From Blastocladiella emersonii ATCC 22665 (Eukaryota > Fungi > Blastocladiomycota), in contig JANHCV010000001.1 in NCBI GenBank assembly GCA_025594325.1, positions 248,001-312,000 on the forward strand: 64,000 bases of DNA, given 5' to 3'. Below, in pieces: positions 12,610 to 23,822 of the stretch. Below the pieces are notes generated by a model. That model searched no databases. It had not been told where the DNA came from and was given only the letters and a program-made list of their open reading frames with translations. Position 1 is the stretch's first letter; each line of letters begins with the position of its first letter. The translations under genes were made by a program, and so were the position numbers.

Positions 12610-14459
12610 CTACTGCCCGCGGCGCTTGAACTGGACCGTGATCCCGAGCGGGTGCGCGAGAATCCCCGGCATCGTGTCGGGGTACCCGGCGAGGGCCTTG
12701 TCGTCGCCGACCGTAGTCCACTCGTACCGCGCGAGGAGCATGGCGAGGACCGTGCGCTGCTGGATGGTCGCGAAGCTCTGGCCGAGACAGAACCGCTGCC
12801 CGCCGCCGAACGGCGCCCACTTGTAGTCGTAGGCCGCCGGGTGCATCGGGATCGCGCTCCCGCCGACCATACCGTCGCCCGACGCGGACCCGGACCCCGA
12901 GTCGTTGAGCGACATCTTGGCCCACCGCTCGGGCTTGAACTCGTCGGCGTCGTCGCCCCACACGGCGCGCGACCGGTGCAGCAGGTACACGTTGGGCGTG
13001 ACGGCGGTGCCCGCGGGCAGGACCGTGCCGTCGGCAAGCGTCGCGGCCGCGGTCGTCCGGCGTGGCGGCAGCACGCCGACCGAAGGGAACAGCCGCTGCG
13101 TCTCCTGCAGCACGTGCGTCAGGTACGTCAGGCGCGCCTGCTGGTCGTTGGTCGGGAAGGGGGCGGCCTCGGGCTCGGTCGTGGCGGCATCGTCGCCGAG
13201 CTCGGCCAGGACCTCGGCGCGCGCGGCCGCCTGCACCGCGGGGTGCATGCCGAGCAGGTACACGGCGAGCGTGAGCGAGTTGGCGGTGGTGTCGTGGCCC
13301 GCGAGGAAGAAGACGGCGAGGTTGGCGCGCAGGTCCTCGCGAGAGAACTCGGCCGCGTCCTGAGCCGTGAGCATCAGGTCGAGCAGGTCGCGGGTCTCTT
13401 CGTCGCGCTCGAACGCGCGCAGCGACGACCGGCGCCGGCCCGCTCCCGCGCCCACGGCCGCCTCGGCGTGCAGCTTGCGGCGCTCGTCGATGAGCCCGAA
13501 CAGAAACGCGTTAAATGCGTCGAGGTCGCGCCGGTACGCGCGCGTCGACGGCAGCAGCAGCGTCGCGTTCGGGAACACGACGCGCAGCGGGTCGAACATG
13601 CCCGCCATCAGCCGGTTGTACCGCGCCACCGTCTCGTTGTCCGGGTGGTCAATCGCGTTGAACTCGAGCCCGAACGCCGATACGGTCAGCGCGTCCAGCG
13701 TCAGCCGCTGGAACCAGTCGCCGATGTCGACCTCGGCGCCGCCCGCGGCCAGCTGGTCAAAGTGCGCGAACAGGCGCCGCGTCGGCGCGGCGAACGTCAG
13801 CGTCGGCCAGCCGCGGCGGAACGCTGGGTTGACGACCTTGCGGTGACGCTTCCAGTCTTGCAGCTACGCACAAAAACGGGGGGTGAGGTTAGCAACCGCT
13901 CTCGTCCATGAGGGCGTGTGAAGAACGAGCGTACCTTGGCCTGGACCACGTTGACGCCGGTAAACTCGACGGCGAGCCAGAGCCCGACCTCGTCGAGCTT
14001 GATCCGGTCAAACACCTGCTGGTTGAGCAGCGCCGTCTTGAAGTCGACCGGGTTCGTGAGGACCGCGACCCACTCGCCGAACAGCCACGTCAGGTACACG
14101 CCCCGGACATGTTCCGGCGTCGGGACGAGCCCGCGGTCGAACGCCTGCTTCGCAACCGCCTTGGCCTGGACCAGCGTCAGCTCGAGGAACCCGCTCTGCC
14201 GCGCCTGCATCAGGTTGGCCTGCCACATGGACTGCGCGGGGAGGTGCCGCAGCGACCGCGGGATGCGCATCGACCACAGCAGCCGCAGGAGCATCGCTGC
14301 TGCGACGATCGCGGTCACGGCCGCCGCGGTAGTACCGGGCGACGCGGACGCGTACGCGGCGGCTTCCGCGGCGTGCGCCTTGATCGGGCCCGCGAGGGAG
14401 GGCAGGTGCGCGTCGAGCGCGTCAGACGCTAGCTGGGATAGGGTTGACAGGACGCCCAT
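12610..14459 (-). CDS. Cytochrome P450; intron 13864-13934
   Basis: N-terminal anchor, W.RHRK..NPAF, I-helix FFLAGHDTTA, ETQR (ExxR), KPERW, heme motif PFGGGQRFCLG. Confidence 0.95.
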
Positions 14460-14704
14460 GGTCGGTCAGGGTTGGTTCGGCCGGGGGAGTGCGAGCGTGT
14501 GCCGCGAGTTTGACCTCATTTTAGGTGGTTGATGCATGGTGATGCGAGTATACATGGTAGTGGCCTCCGAGAAGCGACCCGCGCGGAGAGCGTGGAGGCC
14601 GCGCGGAGCTCAGCGGCCGAAAGGCGCGTGCACAGGCGCGACGCGTCCCGCGATCCAAACCTCTGCGGTCACATGACGGTGGTATCGATTATATCTCTCA
14701 GCGG

Positions 14705-15808
14705 CTACGCGTCGGCGAAGACGGCGTTCTGGTACATGGCCGGCGACGTGAGCGGGCCGGCGAGGGCGAAGAAGAGCGCGAGGCCGAGGACGTAGGCGGC
14801 CCAGATGACTTAAAGTGTGGGAGTGAGGTTAGCCCACGATCTTGAGTCGTATGACGAGCGAGAAGAGACGTACCGCGTGGGTGACGGGACAGGTGAACCT
14901 CGGCAATGTTGGGCACGCCCATGATGTTGCAGAAGATGTGTGCGAGCATCGCGGAGATGACGTGGCCTGGACTCCGCGCGTTAGTCAGTCTCTCAACCCC
15001 TACACTGCTTCAGCGCGCAAACCGTACCGGTGCGGACGTAGATAAACGCGGCGATCCAACCAAACAGCGTCGTGTACAGGAACTGGAACACGGACACAGT
15101 GACGGCGCGGCGGAGCGCGTCGAGCGTGCGTCCGTGGCGGCGGTACACGTCGTAGATGTTGTGGAGGTGCGCGGCGCCAAAGAAGAGCGGCGTCAGCCCC
15201 ACAATCGCGCCCTTGCTGACGCGCGCGGCCTGGAACGGCAGCGCGATGCACGCGCGGAACATGAACTCCTCGCACACGGGGCCCAAAAAGTAGCTGCGCT
15301 GGCCGCCGGGCGTGCGCAGCTGGTGCAGGAACAGCGACAGCGTCACGGGGTCCTGGAAGAAGAGCTCGCGCTCAACGTACATGTGCACGAGTGGGCCGAG
15401 GAACAGCGCCACGACGGGCAGCGGCGCGACGAGGACGGCGAGGGCGAGCCGTGGCCACCGCACGCCTAGTAGCGACAGAAACTCGGACACGGAGCCCTGC
15501 CCGCTCCCGGCCGGCACGATGCGCGCCGTGTACACGCCGAGGTACAGCAGGACCGCGGCCAGCACGCAGCTCGCGACGATGGTGGCGAGCCGGTTGCGAA
15601 CGACCGACGGGTCGACGAGGATCGGGTCCGGGCTGCCGCCCCCGCTCGACGGCGACGCGGCGCTGCCGTTGGCGGACGGACGCCGAAGGGCCTTGCGGTG
15701 CGACACGTAGTAGCCGAGAATGTACAGGACCGTCAGCACGGCGCCGATGGCGACGGCCTCGGTGACCGAGACGGGCGGCGCGGGAGTGTTCATTGGTGGT
15801 GCATCCAT
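14705..15808 (-). CDS. RCE1: CAAX prenyl protease 2 (Rce1/Abi family); two introns near the 3' end (approx. 14.81-14.87 kb and 14.97-15.03 kb)
   Basis: GPVCEEFMFRAC, PLFFGAAHLHN, FQFLYTTLFGW, spliced to GHVISAMLAHIFCNIMGVP. Confidence 0.93.
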
Positions 15809-15957
15809 GGTTTGTCGTGTGAGGGGAAGAGCGAGGACGAAGCGCGGCGGTCTCGCGAAAGTGACCTCACGCCGACCTCGTTGGCAGCCGCTGATCTCTC
15901 GCTGCCGCTGCCCGCTGCCCTGGTCTCCCCACCACCCGTCAGCAACGCATCGCCACC

Positions 15958-16675
15958 ATGGATCACATCCCGCAGTCGCCCATCAGCAACGTCTTCTACT
16001 GCGGCAGTACGGTCTCTGCCGCCGCCGCGCGCCTTGGACCCGGACGACTCACGCGCGCCCGCTGCCTTCCCCGCAGTCTGCTCGCTGCCGCCCGAGTACT
16101 GCGAGTTCAACACGACGCAGAAGAAGTGCCGCGAGTGGCTGCAGAAGAACAATGCCGCGCTGTTCGACCAGCTGTACACGGCGACCAGTACGGTTACCGC
16201 TTGAAGCTTGCGCGAGACCGACATGCTGACGCTCTGCATGTGTAGCCGAGGAGGCCGTCGCAGGCCTGACGCTGACGCCCGCGGCCAAGCCCAAGGACGC
16301 GAGCGCCAAGCTGGAGCGCAAGCTCGAGGCCGAGGCCGAGAAGAAGCGCAAGACCCAGGTCCTGATCAAGACCGAGAAGCGCAAGGGCAAGAAGATGGTC
16401 ACGGTGATCGTCGGCCTCGACGTGTTTGGCGTCGACCTCAAGGCCGCGTCCAAGCTCTTCTCGCAGAAGTTTGCCACGGGGTCGTCCGCCGGCAGGTCGG
16501 CCGAGGGTCTCGGCGAAATCGTCATCCAGGGCGAGGTCGCCGACGAGGTCATGGACCTGATTGTGGAAAAGTTCCCCTCGGTGCGTTCGTTTTGCGCTTG
16601 CTCTTGGTCTCGCGGCGGATTGCTCACGCGCTCTTGCTGTAGGTGCCCGAGGACAACATCACCATCAAGTCCTAA
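15958..16675 (+). CDS. TMA22: Density-regulated protein / translation reinitiation factor DENR (Tma22), SUI1 domain; 3 introns
   Basis: VFYCG|CSLPPEYCEF zinc motif; KRKGKKMVTVIVGLDVFGVDLKAASKLFSQKFATGSS; IVIQGEV. Confidence 0.93.
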
Positions 16676-16736
16676 GCCCCCAACTGGTGTCGTCTACACG
16701 CACATGTCTATCTCATCGAATGCATCGTACACTACC

Positions 16737-16760
16737 ACCGCTACCGCTACCGCTACCGCT
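16737..16760. repeat. (ACCGCT)4 microsatellite between convergent genes
   Basis: Four perfect ACCGCT units read directly. Confidence 0.8.
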
Positions 16761-16776
16761 ACCCCCGCGCCCACGA

Positions 16777-18096
16777 TCACGCCTCGGCGATCCGGTCCTG
16801 CATCGTCAGAATGCCCGTGCGCTGCGTGATGAGGTGCAGCCCGCTGGTCTTGCTGTCCTTGACGCGCGACGCGGCCAAGAACGCGAGCCGCGCCATGCGC
16901 TCACGCCGCGCCTTGCGGTACCGCGCGCCCGCGTACCCGACCACGGCCAGCACCATGACCGCCGCCACCACGATCCCCGCCACGCTCGCCGGCGTCAGCG
17001 TGTACCCCGTCGCGTCCGGGGTCGGCGGCACCCGCACGTAGCTCGGCGAGTACTGGTCCGTCAGCGCCCGTGCCGACTGGTAGTACGACACGCGCTGCGC
17101 CAGGCCGGCGTCGTTGAGCGACTACAGGGACGTCTCGTCAGTCCTGATGCGCGATGTCCATGCCTCATGGCTAACGCGTACCCCGAAGATGCACCGCGAC
17201 ACCTCGTAGTACCCGGTCCCCGCGGTCTCGTTGATCTTGACACCGAGCCCGTCATCAGCGGCTCGCCGGAGATCGCCGCACTTTGGGTCGAGCCGCTCGG
17301 CCGCGGCGCGCGTGAACCACCAGCCCGCCGCGAGGAACGCGTGCTCGGGCCGCTGGATCAGGTTGCCAATGAGCCGCTGCATCGTGGCGTTGGTGGCCAT
17401 CGAGTCCCAGTCGGCCTGCGTCAGGTCGCGGTACACGGGCTCGGTGCGGACGGCGTCGCGCAGCCGCGGGATCTGCGCAACGGCCGCGGCAAAGTGCAGC
17501 GGGATCATGTGGATGCCGCCCGCACCGCCGTCGGCCGGCTGGAACAGCGTCGCGAGCGCGGCCGTCTCGTGCCGCAGCTGCGCCAGGAACGCCGCGAGCC
17601 GCGGCGCACCGCGCTTCGTGCACGGGTCCAGTGTCGCCAGGTCGTACGCCTCGACGGCCTCGCGGATCGCGTCGTAGTAGTACAGGCAGTACGGGCAGGC
17701 CACGGCGCCCCCCATCAGGTCGACCAAATCGCATGGCTGCAGGGCGTAGTCGGTCCCAGAGGCGCCACAGGCCGTCGAGTTCTTGTAGTTGAGCTTCGAG
17801 GCCACCATCAGCGGCACGGTGCCCGTAGTGTTGGAGCGTGTGCTCGGGAAGACGTCGGCGGCCACGGTGACGCGGCCCGTGCACTGGTGCGGGTTCGGGA
17901 TCTTGCTGCACCCGTTGAGGCACCCCGCGGCCTTGTCACATGCGTTGGCCGAAGAAGAGCAGCTACGAAGTCGGGGCTGGTGAGGATCGGGGCCAGGGGC
18001 AGCGAGCGAGGCGGGGGCGGCGACGTACTAGCCATCGACGCTGCAGCACAGGTCGCCGCGGCACGGCACCGTGTTGGAGCACCGGAAGTTGGACAT
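16777..18096 (-). CDS. Hevein-like CBM18 + GH19/lysozyme-like domain + C-terminal transmembrane helix; introns 17963-18028 and 17122-17181
   Basis: Spliced N-terminus CSNTVPCRGDLCCSVDGYCSSSANAC..GC...C (hevein pattern); RLAAFLAQLRHET, AFLAAGWWF and SRCIFGSLNDAGLAQRVSYY (GH19-like); TM segment VAGIVVAAVMVLAVVGYAGA followed by RYRKARR. Confidence 0.75.
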
Positions 18097-18294
18097 GATG
18101 GCGTGTGTTACATGAGTTTTCTCTATAGTCTATCGTATGCCTCGCGATCTCGGAGCGGAGGCGAGGACGAATCCCGGAACGGCGGGGCGGCCACCGGGTG
18201 CGCGGTCACGGCGACGCGTCGCGCGACGCGTCTCACCTCCTCGCCGCGAGACACTCTTGTCTCCCGCCCACTTGAAGCCAACAAAAAATGATTT

Positions 18295-20034
18295 TTATAC
18301 TGCGGGCCGGATGCCCATATACTTGCGCCGGATATGCTCAACGAGCGCAGCCTTCCCCGCGCGGCGCGCGCGCAGGCACAGGGCAAACGGGAAACACCAC
18401 CGGGTCTGTGCGATGCCGTGCTCGAAGACGGCGTCGAACAGCGCCGCGTCGCCCGCCGCGATGGCCGCGTGGACCGGCTGGAACTGCACCGCGCCCATGC
18501 CCGTGGTCCGCCCGCCGCGGCACACGACGGTGTCGGGGACGCCCGCGGCGCGGAGTGCGGCGAGGAGCGACGTGAGCGAGGATGCGGTCCCGTGCCGCAC
18601 CGCGAGGTACACGGCGTGCGAGACGAGGTCGTGCTCGTCGGCGGGGAACACGGGTGGGAGGGGGGTGCCGGTGAGGACGGCTAGGAAGAGCGCTGAGACG
18701 GGGTCGTTTTGGGGGATGAGGCCGTCGGTGGTGCGCAGGATGGCATGCAGCGGGCCGACCGAGGCCGCGTACCACCACGGACACTGCGAGTGGCCGACGA
18801 GCGCGAAGACCGCCGCCCTAGCGTCCACCGTGACCTCACCGCCGGCGACTTCCTCGATGGCCGACAGCGCCTCAACGAGCGCCCACAGCACCGTGGCCCG
18901 CGTGCGCTCACCCGCGGGCAACCGGTACCGCGCGTCCGCGCCGTCGGTGAACCGCATTACGAGCTCCCAGTCAGCGTGCCGCGCAGCGACGACGAGGGCG
19001 CGGCCGTCGAGCGTGCGCGGCCCGTGGACCGTCGCGTCCTCGGCGAGGAGCGCGCGGAGGAGCGCCGGGCGGTAGGTGAACGAGTGCGAGACGAGCCACT
19101 CGAGCTTGGCCTGCGCGACGGCGCGCGAGGGGCGGCCGGCGTACACGGCGCGGCACACGCGGCGCAGCCGGTGCACGTCAGTGGCCGTGGTGAGCGACTC
19201 GACCAGGTCCCACACCTCGGCCGGGAGCCGCGTGATGCCGGCAACGAACGCGGCGGCGGTTTTGGGGCCTGCGACCACGGTGGCTGGCAGCACGGTGGGC
19301 GGTTCGGGGCGAGAACCGGGCGGCGGGACGAGATGCGCGCGCAGCCAGTCAAGTGCGTCGGCGTTCCCGAGGCAGTGCGCAGCGAGCGCCGTGATCCAGG
19401 CGGGCACGACGTTGAGCCGCGGGTCGTGCGCAAGGACCTGGAACACGGCTACGTCCTCGACACGCGCCTTGAGCATGAAGCACGCGTCGAACGACTCGAG
19501 CAGCGCGTTGCCCTGCGGCGCCGGGTCGAGCCGCGGGTCGTTGAGGAGCAGCGCGACGATCTCGGCCGCGGCCGCGGACTCGTCGTCGACGCGGTGCGCG
19601 ACCGCGGCCAGCAGCGGCGCCGGCGTGCCGTACGGGAGCTGCAGCACGGCGAGCAGGTACGCGACGACGGGCGGGGTCGCGTCCTGCGCGGCGAGCCGCA
19701 GCAGCTTGTCGGCGGTGGCGGCGTGCGCCGGCGGGTGGCTCTCGACCAGCGCGCGCATCAGGGCGGCCGACGGGTGCCGCAGCGCGTGCCAGATGGCCAG
19801 CGGGTCCGCGAACGGCTCGACGCCCGGCACCGACAGGATCTCGCGCACCATGGCCACGTGCGACGCGTCGCTGTCCATGAGGTGATGCGGAAGCAGGTGC
19901 AGCGCCTCGTCGTCGTCGCCGAGCAGGTCGCCGCCGTGGTGGTCGGGATCGACGTCGATGGCCGAGTCGGGCGCCACCCCCGCCGACGAGGCTGACGACG
20001 GCGACGTGTCAATGTGAAGGTGTTGGTGCGCCAT
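18295..20034 (-). CDS. F-box plus degenerate ankyrin-like repeat protein, intronless
   Basis: F-box-like RLPAEVWDLVESLTTATDVHRLRRVCRAV; helical repeats LLNDPRLDPAPQGN, LAHDPRLNV and VHAAIAAGDAALFDAV. Confidence 0.65.
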   Translation of the reverse strand: MAHQHLHIDTSPSSASSAGVAPDSAIDVDPDHHGGDLLGDDDEALHLLPHHLMDSDASHVAMVREILSVPGVEPFADPLAIWHALRHPSAALMRALVESHPPAHAATADKLLRLAAQDATPPVVAYLLAVLQLPYGTPAPLLAAVAHRVDDESAAAAEIVALLLNDPRLDPAPQGNALLESFDACFMLKARVEDVAVFQVLAHDPRLNVVPAWITALAAHCLGNADALDWLRAHLVPPPGSRPEPPTVLPATVVAGPKTAAAFVAGITRLPAEVWDLVESLTTATDVHRLRRVCRAVYAGRPSRAVAQAKLEWLVSHSFTYRPALLRALLAEDATVHGPRTLDGRALVVAARHADWELVMRFTDGADARYRLPAGERTRATVLWALVEALSAIEEVAGGEVTVDARAAVFALVGHSQCPWWYAASVGPLHAILRTTDGLIPQNDPVSALFLAVLTGTPLPPVFPADEHDLVSHAVYLAVRHGTASSLTSLLAALRAAGVPDTVVCRGGRTTGMGAVQFQPVHAAIAAGDAALFDAVFEHGIAQTRWCFPFALCLRARRAGKAALVEHIRRKYMGIRPAV

Positions 20035-20372
20035 GGTCGCGGGTCAGGGCAGCAACATGGGCGGGGTCCCTGCGCTTATCATCGAGTGCGCGGACAGCAG
20101 CTCCACTTTTGCTGCGCGGCGGCCGCCAGTACACCCGCGCGTAACAACAACGCGCGCAGCAGCAGCAAGTGTCTCTCCCAGCGCGCGGGTCGGCTGACCC
20201 GTTGCTGCCGATCCTCGATCCATCACAAGTCTCGCACGCTGCATCAAGTCTTGCCGTGGTTGCGGGGGTCGGCGACCAGGGAGGAAGGAGGAGCCAGCCA
20301 GCACAAAGCGCAACGCGTCGTGTTTCAAAATTCCATCATCAGCGCCCCGGCACGAGGCGCTCACCCCAAAAA

Positions 20373-22187
20373 CTACATGCGCGAGACGCCGACCAGGTCG
20401 CGGTCGACCTTGACGAGCGGGCGCAGCACGTTGAGCGCGATCCCGAGCACGGTCCGCGTGTCGCGCGGGTCGATGATGCCGTCGTCGAGGACGCGCGACG
20501 ACGTGAAGTAGCAGTCGGACTCGTCGTCGACCATGGCCGTGAGCGCCGCCTTCTGCATCGCCAGCTTGTCCTCGTTGACGACGCGCCGGCCCGTCTGCGC
20601 CGCCTGCCGCGCGACGATCTCCATGACGTTGCCGAGCTGCTCGGGCCCCATGACGCTGCACTTGGAGTTGGGCCACGAGAAGAGAAAGTTGGGCGCGTAC
20701 GACCGCCCGCACATGGCGTAGTTGCCCGCGCCGTACGACGCGCCGACCAGGACCGAGATGGCGGGCACCTGGCGGTTGGCCACCGCGTTGATGAACTGCG
20801 ACCCGGCCTTGATGATCCCGTCCTCCTCGGCGGTGCGCCCGACCATGAACCCCGTGATGTTGTGCAGGAACACGAGCGGCGTGCCCTTGGCGTTGCACAA
20901 CTGGATGAACTGCGTCGCCTTGCGCGCCTCGGCCGGGAAGATCACGTTGTTGTTGGCGAGGATCCCGACCGGCACCCCGTGCACCACGGCCCACGCCGCC
21001 ACCAGGTTGGGCCCGTACAGCGGCTTGAACTCGGCAAACTCGCTCGCGTCCACGAGCCGCGCAATCACCTCGCGCGCGTCGAACGGGATCCGCGGGTTCG
21101 CCGACACGACGCCCAGCAGCTCGTCGGGCGGGAACCGCGGCGGCCGCGGCGCCGTCCACACGGGGTGTTGGGGGATCGCCGCGCGCCCGAGCGTGCCCGC
21201 CGGGATGCGCGACCACGCGTACGACAGGTGGCGCATGTAGTCGCGCGTCATGGCGAGCGCCGTGTGCTCGTCGGCAGCCAGCCCGTCGGCCACGCCCGAC
21301 ACGCGCGCGTGCATGTCGGCGCCGCCCAGGGCCTCGTCGTCGGTCACCTCGCCCGTGGCGGCGAACACGAGCGGCGGACCACCCAAAAAGACCTTGGCGC
21401 GGCGCTGCACCATGACCGTGTAGTCGGACATGCCCGGCACGTAGGCGCCGCCGGCCGTGGCGTTGCCGAACACGACGGTCACGGACGGGATCCCGGCCTT
21501 GGCGAGCTGGGCCATGTTGCGGAAGGTGGCGCCGCCGCGGTGGAACACCTTGGCCTGCTGGGTCAGGTTGGCGCCCGCCGACTGCACCAGGTTGACGAAG
21601 GGCAGGCGGCACTCGCGCGCGATCTCCTGCGCGCGCAGCGACTTGAGCACGGTGACCTCGTTGTTGGACCCGCCCGCGATGGTCGGGACCGAGGCGGATA
21701 CGAGGCACTCGATGCCCTCGACGAACCCGAGCACGACGATGGCCGACCCGCCTAGCGACATGTCGTCCTGGCCCCACCCGGCTACACGGTTGGCGAGGTG
21801 AGAGGGGTGCGCTCGCGCAGAGTGCGGCGGGGCGGCGTACCGAGCGGCATGAGCTCGAGGCACGGGCTGCCCTCGTCGAGCACGAGGTCAATGCTACACG
21901 AGGACTACCGATTGAGCTCGGGGTGCGGGTAGAGTCGAGAGGGCACTCAAAGTACCGGTCGCGCGCTACACGGCATCCGAGTGAGCGCGAGTCGCGAAGC
22001 GAGAGCCGGGCGACGTACCTAGCAGCTGGCCGCGGTCGAGGTGGCGCTTCACGTCCTTGGGCCGGCCCTGCTCGGTGGCGAGGCGCAGGCGCTCGTGTAG
22101 CGTGGCGACGAGGCCCGACATTTCGGCACGGTTGGCCTTGTACTGGTCGCTCTCGGTCGAGACGGCCGTCTCGAATGGCGTGCTCAT
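20373..22187 (-). CDS. Biotin-dependent acyl-CoA carboxylase, carboxyltransferase (beta) subunit of the MCC-beta/AtuC group; 3 introns including a 10-nt micro-exon at 21956-21965
   Basis: GQLL|ARD|RIDLVLDEGSPCLEL, LVQSAGANL, TAGGAYVPGMSD, FLHNITGFMVG, GASYGAGNYAMCGR, DDGIIDPRDTR; ends VGVSRM. Confidence 0.92.
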
Positions 22188-22622
22188 GGTGGTGGTACGG
22201 GCTCGATGCGTTGCGTCGGGTTGCGTCGGGTCGCAGCGCAGGGGAGACGACGCCACGGGCCGCTGCTGCTGCGGCAGGCGAAGGCGACGCGGACGAGGCC
22301 AACGACATGATCGCGGCGATCCCGTGACTGGCGCACAACGCGTCGCCCGACGCGTCGGCGGCGGCGCACCGTGCTCGGCAGGACCGTCTTCGATGAGGCA
22401 CACCGTGTACGAGGCCACGGCCGTGTGAGGTCGGATTCGGGGGCGGGGCGCGGCGGTGAGTCGCTCGCACGGGCGAGACAGCGGAGCGCTGAGCGTGGCG
22501 GGTGGTCGATGACCGCCGCGCCATCCGCTCTCCCTCGGCGCCAACCCCACCCCCAATCCATTGCACGGCCCCCTCGGCGACTCGGATAACTTGCTGCACT
22601 CGGCGCCCCCGCTGCCGCCGCC

Positions 22623-22634
22623 CGCGAAACGCGT
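22623..22634 (+). promoter_or_regulatory. Composite CGCGAAA/ACGCGT (SCB/E2F-like + MCB) element
   Basis: CGCGAAACGCGT in the divergent intergenic region; near-identical elements at 31266 and 44716. Confidence 0.35.
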
Positions 22635-23822
22635 TTTTTCCACGACTGGGCGTGCCCGGGTCCGCTCTGCCTCTCCGCGGCACCGCCGGCTCATCTGCGC
22701 GCTCACGTCGTCGGCGTTCGCTGGCCTGCTGCCGCCGCCGTCCATCCACCGCCGCCGTCCATCCACCGCCTATCGACCACCCGACCCGTCCATCCGAATC
22801 GCACCCGCGGCCCGCCGGAGAGCGCGAGCTCTGCTGCTGCTGTCTCGGCGCGCCCGCGCACACGCCCCGCCCTCGCTGCACCGCGCGCGCGCAAAAGCTC
22901 CCCCACGTCTCCCTCTTGCCTCGCCGCCGCCGCGGCCGGCCTCGCTCCTCCTCCCCCCTATTCATTCCCGCGTGTCTCCCCCGCGGCCCGTGCTAGTGCG
23001 CGCGCACGATCACCCTATTTTTATTGCCCGGGGGCTCGTTGTCCGCCGCGCGGCCCCGCCCCGCCCCGCCAGATCCTATCGCCGTGCTGGATCGCGGATT
23101 ATTCTCTCCCCTCCACGCCTCCCTCCCTGCCCTCGCTCGCGCGCACGCCTGCTCCCGCTGCTGCCGTCGCACGCTCGCACCTCGCCCGCCGTCTGTGGCG
23201 CCGTCGTCGTCATCGCCATCGTCACCGTCACCGTCACGGCCCTCGCCGAGTGACCACCGACACCCACCTTCGCCTCCGCCATCGGCTCGTGGACCGACTG
23301 CCCCCTCGGTGCCCATCGTCCTCCGCCTCGCCCAAGGTTCCCGTCGAGGGACTTCTCGAATCCCCGCGTGTCGCCCGATCGCCGCGGCCTGACTCGAGCA
23401 AGCCGCTGCTGTGGCACCTGCCGGCCTCGCTCGGAGCGCTTGAGCCACCCACCAGCACCAGCGGGCCGGGCTCCCCTCCCGCACCCACCCGCACCCGCAT
23501 TTGGTTGCAGCCCCGCCCTATGCCTCGTCTTCTCTCCCGCCGCCTTCCTTCTCGACTTGCTCCTCACCACCCACCCGCCGCTGCTGTCCTCCTCGCCGCC
23601 TCCGCCACCGCCGCCGCCGCCGCCGCCGCGACGCCACCCTCGGACCTCTAGTCCCCCGCCCACCCTCGCTCGCTTCACCTGTGCCCCGCCCGCCTCGCCG
23701 GGACCGGACCGCACTCACCCAGCGACCTTCACCACACCACGCACTCTACTACACTCCCGAATTCGGCGCTCCCGACCCGCCCCGCCGTCGGCACGACCTC
23801 CCGCACCACGACGACCGCCACC

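Noticed and set aside
20373-22187. Assigning the symbol MCCC2
   Set aside because: The family is clear, but the missing presequence and divergent motifs make orthology uncertain.
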